Program-made: the position numbers and the translations under genes
Notes under the pieces: generated by a model
Database searches by the model: none
What the model saw: only the letters and a program-made list of their open reading frames with translations
Told to the model about the DNA's origin: nothing
Assembly (NCBI GenBank): GCA_031553395.1
Contig: JAVBLR010000001.1
Coordinates: forward strand, 294,846 to 358,845
Source of the DNA: Bacteroidales bacterium
GTDB lineage: Bacteria; Bacteroidota; Bacteroidia; Bacteroidales; WRGA01
DNA length: 64,000 bases
Direction of reading: 5' to 3'
Shown here: one piece after another, positions 20,750-29,880 of the stretch
Numbering within the stretch: position 1 is the first letter of the stretch
Layout: the number at the start of each line of letters is the position of its first letter

Positions 20750-21240
20750 TCCTTTACCATTGAAATTCCTTTTTGCAATAATAAAGAATTAGGAAAAACA
20801 TGCAATTCCCCATCTTTTGTTCTCAGATGAGCATAAAATGTGAACATATTTTCAATTTTTGCCTCTAATGGAAAATCTTTATCCTGAATCTTTATCGTGT
20901 CTCCTACCCTATATGGCGCAGTAAAGAAAATAATAATTCCTGCTGTAACATTGCTTAATATAGACCATTGAGCAAATAAAGCAACCCCTATCACCGCAAA
21001 AATTGAGGATAATGCCACCAATAAATTATGCGGATTAACACCCCAAATAATAATCAATGTAATAATGCATGCCCAATTTATTACAATGGAAAATATCCGA
21101 ATAGTTTGATTAATTCTTGCTTCAATAATTGAACTTAACCTTCCGTATCTTCGTATCAAACGGCCGGCTACAAATCTGGTAATAATGGCAATCAGGATTG
21201 TTGCTACTGATAGAATTATTTGAATCAGATGTTGGTGCAT
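20746..21240 (-). CDS. Small MscS-like mechanosensitive channel family protein
   Basis: 164 aa; three TM helices followed by the VGDTIKI...GELHVFPNS beta-domain. Confidence 0.6.
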   Translation of the reverse strand: MHQHLIQIILSVATILIAIITRFVAGRLIRRYGRLSSIIEARINQTIRIFSIVINWACIITLIIIWGVNPHNLLVALSSIFAVIGVALFAQWSILSNVTAGIIIFFTAPYRVGDTIKIQDKDFPLEAKIENMFTFYAHLRTKDGELHVFPNSLLLQKGISMVKD

Positions 21241-21298
21241 TGTTAGAAAATTAATACTTTATTCGATTGAAGTGCAAATATACATAAATTAGTTAGTT

Positions 21299-21364
21299 GT
21301 TATTGGTTGTTAGTTATTAGTTATATTACCATGAACAAATAACAAGTAACAAACAACCAATAAC
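21299..21364. repeat. GTTATT-family intergenic hairpin (perfect 13-bp stem GTTATTGGTTGTT/AACAACCAATAAC, 40-nt loop) abutting the PLD stop
   Basis: Read directly; same motif family as 9725, 31978 and 41720. Confidence 0.6.
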
Positions 21365-21367
21365 CAA

Positions 21368-21886
21368 CTACACAATTCTGTCTCCGCAAAAAACTTTTCT
21401 ACGGCATGTTTTACATTCCTTTCCCATCCAAACGGTATCAAACTGATTGATTGCTTTTTCTACGATTTCAGGAATATCTGTTGATATACCGGTTTCAAAA
21501 TTACGGTTTGTACTTCCTTTCATTCCGATTCCGGCACCAGTAAGATTGGCTGAGCCGATATACACTTGCTTAAAATCGAAAATAATCATCTTAAAATGCA
21601 CTCGTGGACAAAGTACCCGTTCTAATCCTTCGAAAAGATTAGGATATTTATCGAAATCCGCGCGGAAATTCGGTCCGGGTTCTTTGGCGTGAATCAACCG
21701 GATTTCAACACCTTGCGATATTTTTTCAGATAGCAATTCCAAAAACGGGATGGATTTTGTCCCTTTCTTGATATATAAATCCTTGATATCGGCAGTACCA
21801 ATCCAAAGATGCTTTTTTACATGAGTAACTTGTGAGATTACTTCGGTGTAATGCTCAGAGTCTTGGATGTAATTAAGGGTGGGCAT
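21368..21886 (-). CDS. PLD-family (single HKD motif) nuclease-like protein, Nuc/BfiI-N-like
   Basis: HFKMIIFDFKQVYIGSANLT is a complete H-x-K-x4-D-x6-G-S-x-N motif; C-terminal C-x2-C...C cluster. Start chosen at MPTLNYIQ (21886); the ORF extends to 21970 but would overlap the upstream ATPase by 60 nt. Confidence 0.65.
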   Translation of the reverse strand: MPTLNYIQDSEHYTEVISQVTHVKKHLWIGTADIKDLYIKKGTKSIPFLELLSEKISQGVEIRLIHAKEPGPNFRADFDKYPNLFEGLERVLCPRVHFKMIIFDFKQVYIGSANLTGAGIGMKGSTNRNFETGISTDIPEIVEKAINQFDTVWMGKECKTCRRKVFCGDRIV

Positions 21887-21908
21887 ATTACTCACTGTTT
21901 TTGAAATT

Positions 21909-23081
21909 TTAATACGCAAACCCAAACATCCAAAGTGGAATAATATTCTGATAACCATATTCAACATCATCTTTCACTACATACGCATTTTCCATACCTT
22001 GAATTTGTTTCTTGGATTTACTTTTACCTCCAACCTCAAAAGTAAGATTACCAATAGAAAAATCAGATACAGAAGAGGCTGTTATAGGATGAGTTACTTT
22101 CATCATAGAATAGAACGCTGTTTCTCTCACATTACCGATATCCGGCATACTATCTGAAATAGCATAAGCCAGATTGGAATTATTCAAATAAACTTTATCC
22201 ACCTTTCCCAACAACCTTATACCGGTTGTATCATTGCGAAGCTGGTTGATTGTCCCGGCTTTTTCCAAATAAACCATTAACTCAGAAACCGTATTCCGGT
22301 TGATATCCAGCATTGTCGCCAATTTAGTGAAGTTGGGTTTAAATGGAACACTCTGAGCAATAATATATAGCAACCTTTTTAATTTTTGTGCTGTAGAGAT
22401 ATTCATTTGTGCAAAAATGGGAATATCAATTTCCAATGTTTGATTTAAAATACTTCTCAAACGAATATAATATCCAGGTTCTTTGAAAAACGGATAATAA
22501 CCCTGTTGGAGGTATTCTTTAAAAAGTTGGATGGGGCGTTCTTTTTCATAAGGGAAATTCACCTTATTTGCCAAAATATTGTCTAATGAATATGCTGGTA
22601 AATCATACCCTCGTGAAATATTCAGGTATTCACGGAATGAAAGTCCGGCTAAATGATATTCCAATTTACGACGGCTTAAATCTGCTCCTCCAACTTCCAA
22701 ATCCAAAATAGAAGAACCTGTATATATTACTTGCAATGCCGGAATTTGGTCATATATATTTTTAATTTCGGTAGACCATCCGGAATATTTGTGAATTTCG
22801 TCGATGTAGAGTTTTTTTCCGCCATTCTGATAGAATTGCACTGCTAAATCAATTATCCGGTGTTCCGTAAAATAAAGGTCATCTGCTGTCACAAATAAAA
22901 CTTCATCCATATTGTCATATAACTTAATATGCTGCAAAAGCAATGTCGTTTTTCCAACACCTCTTGCTCCCAATATAGCTATCAGACGACTATCCCATTC
23001 TATTTGACTATGAAGATACCTGATAAAATCTGTAGATGTGTTGCCGATTAATGTCTTAAATGTTGTAAAAAGAGTTTCCAT
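21909..23081 (-). CDS. AAA-superfamily ATPase (COG1373 / AAA_14 + DUF4143-like)
   Basis: 390 aa; Walker A ILGARGVGKTT, Walker B KLYIDEIH; C-terminal region typical of the Bacteroides ATP-binding protein family. Confidence 0.7.
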   Translation of the reverse strand: METLFTTFKTLIGNTSTDFIRYLHSQIEWDSRLIAILGARGVGKTTLLLQHIKLYDNMDEVLFVTADDLYFTEHRIIDLAVQFYQNGGKKLYIDEIHKYSGWSTEIKNIYDQIPALQVIYTGSSILDLEVGGADLSRRKLEYHLAGLSFREYLNISRGYDLPAYSLDNILANKVNFPYEKERPIQLFKEYLQQGYYPFFKEPGYYIRLRSILNQTLEIDIPIFAQMNISTAQKLKRLLYIIAQSVPFKPNFTKLATMLDINRNTVSELMVYLEKAGTINQLRNDTTGIRLLGKVDKVYLNNSNLAYAISDSMPDIGNVRETAFYSMMKVTHPITASSVSDFSIGNLTFEVGGKSKSKKQIQGMENAYVVKDDVEYGYQNIIPLWMFGFAY

Positions 23082-23203
23082 AAATAATTGACTTACAATT
23101 TTCTATGCAAATGTAAGATAAATTGCCGAATAAAACATGCAATTTTATAAAAAAGTGCTGTTTTTATTCGGCAATTTGTTAAATAAATAATTTTCTCGTT
23201 TAT

Positions 23204-23644
23204 TTATCCCTTTTTATACGTTGTTTTAGAGTAATACTCACTACCATTGTCACTCCCTCGTTTTGTTTCAACCACTAATTCTGATGTAGTAAATTTTAGA
23301 ATGGTAAATTCTATCTTAGAATTATCTTCATCAAATGTCAGGATAATTTTTTCTTTGGTATATTCCCATGTACCTTCATCTACATCACCGGCAATGGTGC
23401 CATCTTTCTTAAATATAATCACTCCCTCTCGCTTATTAAAATCATACGATTCATCCCAATTATAATACTTAGAATTGCTATCTTCCCGTTCATAACCAAT
23501 GTTATGAATAAGCACCCATGTTCCAACCAAATCAGTTTTAGTTCCGGCAATTTCTTCTGTGTTATCATCATCATTACTGCAAGCATTGAAACTTAACATT
23601 ACTGTGGCTAAAATCATAGCCGAAATTAGTCTGATTGTTTTCAT
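23204..23644 (-). CDS. Lipocalin-like domain lipoprotein
   Basis: 146 aa; lipobox SFNACSNDDDN; LVGTWVL...GTWEYT pattern of lipocalin-like beta-barrel. Confidence 0.5.
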   Translation of the reverse strand: MKTIRLISAMILATVMLSFNACSNDDDNTEEIAGTKTDLVGTWVLIHNIGYEREDSNSKYYNWDESYDFNKREGVIIFKKDGTIAGDVDEGTWEYTKEKIILTFDEDNSKIEFTILKFTTSELVVETKRGSDNGSEYYSKTTYKKG

Positions 23645-23688
23645 TTGTTTTTTGTTTTTGAATTTGGATACAGTTTTATTTGTTTAAC

Positions 23689-24630
23689 TTAATCTTTGCC
23701 ATATGTTCTTTCAGTCATAAAATGATCTTGGAAATAAGACTCTTCATAATTACTCATTCCATTCGATAAAACTTTTAATAATTCAAGATTTGGTATTTTA
23801 GATTCTAATCTTAATTTTAATTCTCCTACACCTGAATTGAATGACATGACCAACGTATCTCCTGATAACTTATGCGGTAATACTAACCATTCATTTCTCC
23901 ATACATGACCATAATTTGTGTCATAATCAGGTAATCCAGTTCCTTTCATGTTAACAGCTATAATCTTTTCTGTTTCAATATCCAACAATGGATATTTAGT
24001 ATTATTCTCATTTTCAATATATTCATCATTAGCAAGTTGATAATACATTGTGTAATCGGCACAAGGAATTACTATTATAGGAATTTCATCACGAGTACCT
24101 ATTGTCACATTAATCTTGCATCTGATAACATCATCTTCATCATTTTCAGTAGAAGAATTCTCATAACTGTCAGCAAGAATATTTGGACCAATATCAATAT
24201 ACATTCCTCTAAACATTTCTCCACTAAATTGAAGAATATTGTCTTCAAAATAACTTAACTTCTTATTATTTTTAGACTCATTTTTCATTAATTTTTTCCA
24301 TATTATTTTATAGAGGTTATCAATATTTATTATATCTTCATATTTGATATAATAAACATTTTCTTCTGTATTTAGATTGTATCCATACATCCAAGTGTCA
24401 CCTAGAAATTTTTCAAATGATTCTTGCGACATATTCTCTACATTTTTCGAAATATCCAATAACTTATATAATTCATTATATCTTCCATCCTTATCAATGT
24501 ATTCCTCAAAATCACTGCTCACTTCATTAATATTATTTGATTTAGATGAATTATTTATATTTTTATTAGCACAGCTTACTAACATTACGATTAATGCAAT
24601 AATAGTTAGCTTTATGTTAAATATGTTCAT
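23689..24630 (-). CDS. Lipoprotein, unknown function
   Basis: 313 aa; LVSCANKN lipobox; AT-rich codon usage. Confidence 0.5.
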   Translation of the reverse strand: MNIFNIKLTIIALIVMLVSCANKNINNSSKSNNINEVSSDFEEYIDKDGRYNELYKLLDISKNVENMSQESFEKFLGDTWMYGYNLNTEENVYYIKYEDIINIDNLYKIIWKKLMKNESKNNKKLSYFEDNILQFSGEMFRGMYIDIGPNILADSYENSSTENDEDDVIRCKINVTIGTRDEIPIIVIPCADYTMYYQLANDEYIENENNTKYPLLDIETEKIIAVNMKGTGLPDYDTNYGHVWRNEWLVLPHKLSGDTLVMSFNSGVGELKLRLESKIPNLELLKVLSNGMSNYEESYFQDHFMTERTYGKD

Positions 24631-24694
24631 GTTTATTTTTTTTAATTTGCTAATTATGTTTACTTAATAAAAAATCACAAACTCAATATTTTAA

Positions 24695-25591
24695 CTACTT
24701 TACTACAAGCACTTGTGGTTTTGCTAATATATAGTCATAGCAGCCCCATTTATTCGTGTTTAGCATTGGTTCATCAAATTCCTTAATTGTTGATTTTACA
24801 TTTTCATATATAATGTTAATATTGTTATAGAACCCATTATGCTGAAGTTCATCAAAATTTATCAGTTGATAAGATGGGTTTGAAAAACCTGATTCAAGAT
24901 ACCAATTGACAATTTCGGTATCATCATATTTTATAGAAACTGTTCCATATTTAACAGAACGTACTAATAATTTTGTAATTATATTATTGGTAAAATCAGC
25001 TATAATTTCATTATCATTGTCATTATACATCCATTTTCCAATAAATTTACCTTCATTATCAAAAGTTCCGGATAGAGTAGTATTTGCTTTAATAAATGTA
25101 TTGTTTTCTTTAGTAATATGATTATTAGTTACTTTAAATTGTCCGATTACCTCATTTTCTTTGAAATTCAAATTAATAATGCGGGATTCCGTACCTGTCT
25201 TATTATAAGTCCATAAGCCCGACCTATTCCCATTTGTAAAATTTGTTGAACATGCAACAACATACTCTACCTTTCCAAGAGAATAATGACTGAAAGAAAT
25301 TTCTTCATTGTATGTCCATTTTCCGTTTTTATTACCTTTTTTATATATTCCTGCTAATACCCCTGTTGCTTTATAAAATTTACATCCCATTATTGACGCC
25401 ATTTCTACATATGCCGGTACTCGAGAATAATTAAAAGAACCATCATAAATTCTATTGTAATCTGCATCTTCATAATATTGATACCTGGCCTTTCCTTTTA
25501 AAAAATCTCCTTGATAAGTCTTGTGTATTTGAGAATGTGCCAATAGTGGCATTAAAATGTATATTATAAGTGATATGTATACTGTTTTCAT
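24695..25591 (-). CDS. Secreted MORN-variant (YwqK-like) repeat protein
   Basis: 298 aa; signal peptide; repeated G(K/L)W(T/M)YN motifs. Confidence 0.5.
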   Translation of the reverse strand: MKTVYISLIIYILMPLLAHSQIHKTYQGDFLKGKARYQYYEDADYNRIYDGSFNYSRVPAYVEMASIMGCKFYKATGVLAGIYKKGNKNGKWTYNEEISFSHYSLGKVEYVVACSTNFTNGNRSGLWTYNKTGTESRIINLNFKENEVIGQFKVTNNHITKENNTFIKANTTLSGTFDNEGKFIGKWMYNDNDNEIIADFTNNIITKLLVRSVKYGTVSIKYDDTEIVNWYLESGFSNPSYQLINFDELQHNGFYNNINIIYENVKSTIKEFDEPMLNTNKWGCYDYILAKPQVLVVK

Positions 25592-25784
25592 ATTTTTTTA
25601 TTTATATAGTTTTGAAGAGGAAATTACCCAAATTAAACTCATAAATAGCATTATATTAATTAATTATAAAATTCATTTGGGTAATTATTTAATATAATCT
25701 ATATAATATTTTCTAATTCTTCTAAAATTCTCAATATAGCTTCTCATACATAATTTTTTTTTTGAATTTCTACATTCATATAAC

Positions 25785-26099
25785 TTACATTCTCTCAAGT
25801 ATTTTCTGTTTTTGTTCATTAAATTCTTCTTGTGTAATAATTCCCTGATCAAATAAGCTCTTTAATTTTTCCAATCGGTTTTCCAATAGATGATCTTCTT
25901 CTTCTGAAACTGAATGCTGAGAAAATCGGTTAATTATATAGGTAACAATTATACCTATTATAACACCGGGAGCTAATGATAAAAAGAGTGTAATACGCAT
26001 ACCAGCACTATCTCCCGGCATTTCTCCTGCAATTGCACAAATTGAAAAAAATGCTATTAACCATCCGATAAGAGCACCTGCTAATAATTTACCTGCCAT
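25785..26099 (-). CDS. Small membrane protein with C-terminal SHOCT domain
   Basis: One or two TM helices followed by LEKLKSLFDQGIITQEEFNEQKQKIL, a canonical SHOCT. Start could be 26123 or 26099. Confidence 0.6.
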   Translation of the reverse strand: MAGKLLAGALIGWLIAFFSICAIAGEMPGDSAGMRITLFLSLAPGVIIGIIVTYIINRFSQHSVSEEEDHLLENRLEKLKSLFDQGIITQEEFNEQKQKILERM

Positions 26100-26136
26100 T
26101 TTATTTAAGTTTAAGTTAAACAATTATTTATTTTTA

Positions 26137-27180
26137 TTACCAAGCTAATAAATTATAATCATTTAGTGTCAACTCACGAATTCCTCCGCCTAAACAAACG
26201 CCTTGTATAATTACTGTGGCAGGATATGTTCGTTCAGTAAAATTATCATCATTAGTATACGCTGTAAGATTATAACCTCCTGTCCAGATATTATAATAAC
26301 TTTTTAAAATATACTTACAATCTTCATAATATCCGGCACTTTCTAATTCTGATATCTTGCACATTATGATAATCCTTTTTCCTTTATATAATTTACTTGC
26401 TTTAACTTCATTTCTGAATTCATCGCATATTTGTTCAATGGGAATGGCGGATTTCTTCAATTGCTCCAATTCTTCCTCTTTCCTTTTTTGCTCTCTGAAT
26501 TTTGGATCTAACCATTCCATGCCTCCCATTTTTTCTTCGTGTCCAAGGTAATATACGTAACCATCATTTCCTAAGCAATTTCCATCCAAATCATAATACT
26601 CTAAAATTTCATATCGACCTCCTTCTTCAAAATAACCTCCATGATATATCATAAGTTGATTTGAATCGTCTGTATCAAAATATCCATTTGTAATGTAGGT
26701 GTATGTACTATCTATTGTATTGAATAAAACAATAGGTCCTGTATAAGAAATAGGAGAGCCATTATCTCCTTGAAGAAGAATATGTATACTATCACTCAAC
26801 AATTTTGAGTTGCTTTGAAATGTTCCGGGAAACACAGTATCTTTTTTATTTTGACAGATTATATTGCTTCCTCGAGATGTTAAATCAAGTGTTATTTGAT
26901 TTTTCAGCAAATCATATTTACAAAATCTGTTCGTTTGCTCACTAACGCCGAGATTCGGTGTTGTATCGCCTTTTATAAAATAAATACAATAACATTTTTC
27001 ATCAATAAATTCAGCTAAGACAATATCGTCTTTTGTTAATTTATCTTGGATGAAGCTTGAAGCATCTTGTTTCATCTTTTTTAAGTCGATTTTTACTTCT
27101 GTAGTATTGGTTTTACAAGACAGCAGAGAGAGTAATATCGAAAGAATGCACAAATTTTTAAATGATAAATGGGTTTTCAT
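26137..27180 (-). CDS. Lipoprotein, unknown function (first gene of the 5-gene minus-strand cluster)
   Basis: 347 aa; lipobox LLSLLSCKTN. Confidence 0.55.
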   Translation of the reverse strand: MKTHLSFKNLCILSILLSLLSCKTNTTEVKIDLKKMKQDASSFIQDKLTKDDIVLAEFIDEKCYCIYFIKGDTTPNLGVSEQTNRFCKYDLLKNQITLDLTSRGSNIICQNKKDTVFPGTFQSNSKLLSDSIHILLQGDNGSPISYTGPIVLFNTIDSTYTYITNGYFDTDDSNQLMIYHGGYFEEGGRYEILEYYDLDGNCLGNDGYVYYLGHEEKMGGMEWLDPKFREQKRKEEELEQLKKSAIPIEQICDEFRNEVKASKLYKGKRIIIMCKISELESAGYYEDCKYILKSYYNIWTGGYNLTAYTNDDNFTERTYPATVIIQGVCLGGGIRELTLNDYNLLAW

Positions 27181-27237
27181 AATTCATGATATTTGAAAGC
27201 TTGTTGTTAATAATTTTTCTCCTAACAAAAAAAAGAT

Positions 27238-27257
27238 AAAAAAAAGCGTGAACACGC
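27238..27257 (-). terminator. Intrinsic terminator on minus strand (GCGTG-nn-CACGC stem + U8)
   Basis: Plus strand AAAAAAAAGCGTGAACACGC; on the minus strand the hairpin is followed by eight U. Confidence 0.6.
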
Positions 27258-27385
27258 TATTTCTTATCTTTCGCTAAGGCTCTGGTAAGCCCGAATCTGA
27301 AATAAGAAAAGCAGTCCACGCCCTATAAGGGAGTGGACGCCTTAAGCTTATTATTCTCAGATTCTAAAAATTTACCAGATTTAAG
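27238..27385 (-). ncRNA. Candidate structured leader / small RNA ending in the intrinsic terminator, ~60 nt upstream of the lipoprotein operon start codon
   Basis: Nested helices read on the minus strand: GTCCACTCCC-TTATA-GGGCGTGGAC, GCTTAAGGC...GCCTTAGC, ATCTGAGAATAA...TTATTTCAGAT, GGCT-TACCAG-AGCC. Possible -7-like TTTATTTG about 27391-27400. No family identified. Confidence 0.4.
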
Positions 27386-28283
27386 CGAATCAAATAAATA
27401 GCTTGACGTCCGTCAAATATTTTGTACTAAATTAAATTTTTTCTATTCTTATATTCTCTACTTTTGATGTTATCAGTGCAAAAATATGAAAATAAAAATA
27501 AATAAAAAGTCTATTAACAAAATATTATTCGGAACTGCTTTATTGCAAAAAAAGGCATGGTACTATTGCTTATTCAGACAACAGGCACCACCACGCGCCC
27601 ACAACCCAGAATAAAACAACAGCCCATGCCCATATAGGACACGAGCATTTTGTTTTCATTCTCGGGTTGATATTGAAAATGGTGGTTTCGTTGTCCCGAA
27701 TTAAAACAAATGCTCAATGCAAATCTTAAAATATAATGTTAAAATGCGTAGCACTATAACAATTGCAAATGTAACAATTTTTCAATTTGCACCAATGAGC
27801 AGGGCTGTCTTTTTTATTTTAGTAGACGAGTAAACAAGATACAAGTAGACAAGTTTTGGGTATTATGAAATGGTCTTATCTACTTGTCGCCTTGTTTACC
27901 CATCTGCTATTTTCATTCATGTTGCAAAATAAATATGTTTACAAGCAGTAGTCCAAAAATACTTTCAATTATATTGAGGACTTATACAAGAAAACAATGT
28001 AATTAGTATCAGAATAATAAATACAATCAAAATTAGGTTATCTAAAATAAAAAAAGAGAAGTTGATTTTGCAGAAATATAAAAACTGGGCATCTTTGTAA
28101 AAAATAAGTTCATAATGAAGTAAAAAGTAATAGGTAAAAGACTAAAAGTATCTCTTTCAAATTAATGTATCATATTTATTTGCAAAATAATACACCTAAC
28201 CACCTTTTACTTTTTACATCTTATCTTTTACCTTATAACGGACTCAATACAAATCATTTTAACCTGTTAAAATACAACCTAAA

Positions 28284-29717
28284 ATGCAATCTGTTTCGCC
28301 AACTTCGAATGAGAAATATAATGAACTTTTAAATCAAGTGGTCAGGCTTCGGCTTTTTCGGAATACCAATCGGGAATTGGGAGAATATATCGGCTATAAT
28401 TTACAATCCAATAACAGCATCAAAAACATATCACCTTTCACAGCCCGTTGTATTTTTCACGAATTAGGCAGGGAAACACAATTGCAACTTGAAGATGAAT
28501 TCGATTTAGAGTTTATTTTGGAATCGTATAAAGTTGCATCAAAATTTTATGATAAGTATTTCAAAGGGAAAAAGAAAATTCATCAAAAAGAAAATCTGGT
28601 TATTCTTTTAAAATATTATTATATAAATGATTATCAAATTCCGGAGGAAAAATTATTTTTGAAAGAAATAGTTTCAGAAATCTTTAAAAAGAGTATTCAT
28701 GTTCCGATTTTATTACTTTTAATACTTGATATAATCCCTTTATATACTTCTAAGAAAGGAGATGCAAAAAACTTGTTAGGTGATTTCAATACAATTTTTT
28801 CTTTTATAAAAGAGTTTATTCAACACGATGAGAGTTTATATTACCTTCCAATATTGAGTCGGTTTGAAAAAGAAGCTCGAAGTATTTATTGTAATCGGTT
28901 ATATTTAATTTATGTTACACTTATGAGCTTCGAAACATACCGGGGTTTTAAGAATCCTACAGATTTATATGCAATGATGAACAAAGCTAGAGAAAATGTA
29001 ATTGTTTTCGATTTGGATAATTATTTTTGGGTGGCGCCCAAAACACTTTCAGTACCGGCTGTATTTTGGAGGTTTGTATGTACCGAAACAAATGATTATC
29101 TTCTTTTTCAGTATTCAATCAGTACAGAGAAAAAGTCGATTTGTTATACTCGTTATGAAGTAACTTTTATGAAAGATGAAAGAGATGGAGTGATATTGAA
29201 TGTAGACCATCCCGAGAAAATCTTCAATCTTCTTGGGAAAGATAAAATGCTTAATTTTAAGTTGCAGTTGTTTGCTTGTGACATAGATACTTCTCCGTAT
29301 CCTAATGTTATCAAGTTACAGTCTTTGATGAATAACGATTTTAATTTTCCGCAACAGGAATTTGTGCGGTTGCAAGATAAGGAAATAACAAAGCAATTGA
29401 GTGATTGTTTTGAAGATGGGACTTATAAAATAATAAATAATTTTCCGGATACGGAATATCTTTTTCAAAATACAGTACCTGCTGCTATAACAAGAGAATA
29501 TATCTATTTTAAAAAAGAAAACAATATGTATTATCAGGTACCCAAAACGCTGAATAATGGCCTACCTTCTATTACCATCAATGATTTGATAGGTATATTG
29601 GATTTTAACAAATGTAGATACATTGTTTTTGACCCCTTGCACTTATATATCGAAGTTACTAATGATGAATGTTGTGCAAAAAATGGAGTTGAGATTGTAA
29701 CTGAAATTGTTATTTAG
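28284..29717 (+). CDS. Hypothetical cytoplasmic protein, no recognisable domain
   Basis: 477 aa; no signal peptide; Asn/Lys/Ile/Tyr-rich; preceded by the 1.1-kb structured non-coding region. Confidence 0.55.
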   Translation: MQSVSPTSNEKYNELLNQVVRLRLFRNTNRELGEYIGYNLQSNNSIKNISPFTARCIFHELGRETQLQLEDEFDLEFILESYKVASKFYDKYFKGKKKIHQKENLVILLKYYYINDYQIPEEKLFLKEIVSEIFKKSIHVPILLLLILDIIPLYTSKKGDAKNLLGDFNTIFSFIKEFIQHDESLYYLPILSRFEKEARSIYCNRLYLIYVTLMSFETYRGFKNPTDLYAMMNKARENVIVFDLDNYFWVAPKTLSVPAVFWRFVCTETNDYLLFQYSISTEKKSICYTRYEVTFMKDERDGVILNVDHPEKIFNLLGKDKMLNFKLQLFACDIDTSPYPNVIKLQSLMNNDFNFPQQEFVRLQDKEITKQLSDCFEDGTYKIINNFPDTEYLFQNTVPAAITREYIYFKKENNMYYQVPKTLNNGLPSITINDLIGILDFNKCRYIVFDPLHLYIEVTNDECCAKNGVEIVTEIVI

Positions 29718-29880
29718 AGTTTATTGCAATAACTTCGCAGTTAGGAATACTACTTCTCAACATTTAAATTTCCTTCTTATTTTACTAAATAATTAAAAAA
29801 TCCCCCGAAAACTTTCCAAAACAAATTCCTCTTTTTTCGTGTTATAATTATATAAAAATGCTCATTTTTATACTAATATC

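Noticed and set aside
27486-27614. 43-aa basic ORF (MKIKINKKSINKILFGTALLQKK...) in the large intergenic region
   Set aside because: Low-complexity Lys/Ile-rich product from AT-rich sequence. It lacks a hydrophobic core or any motif, and overlaps the predicted RNA structure, so likely non-coding.
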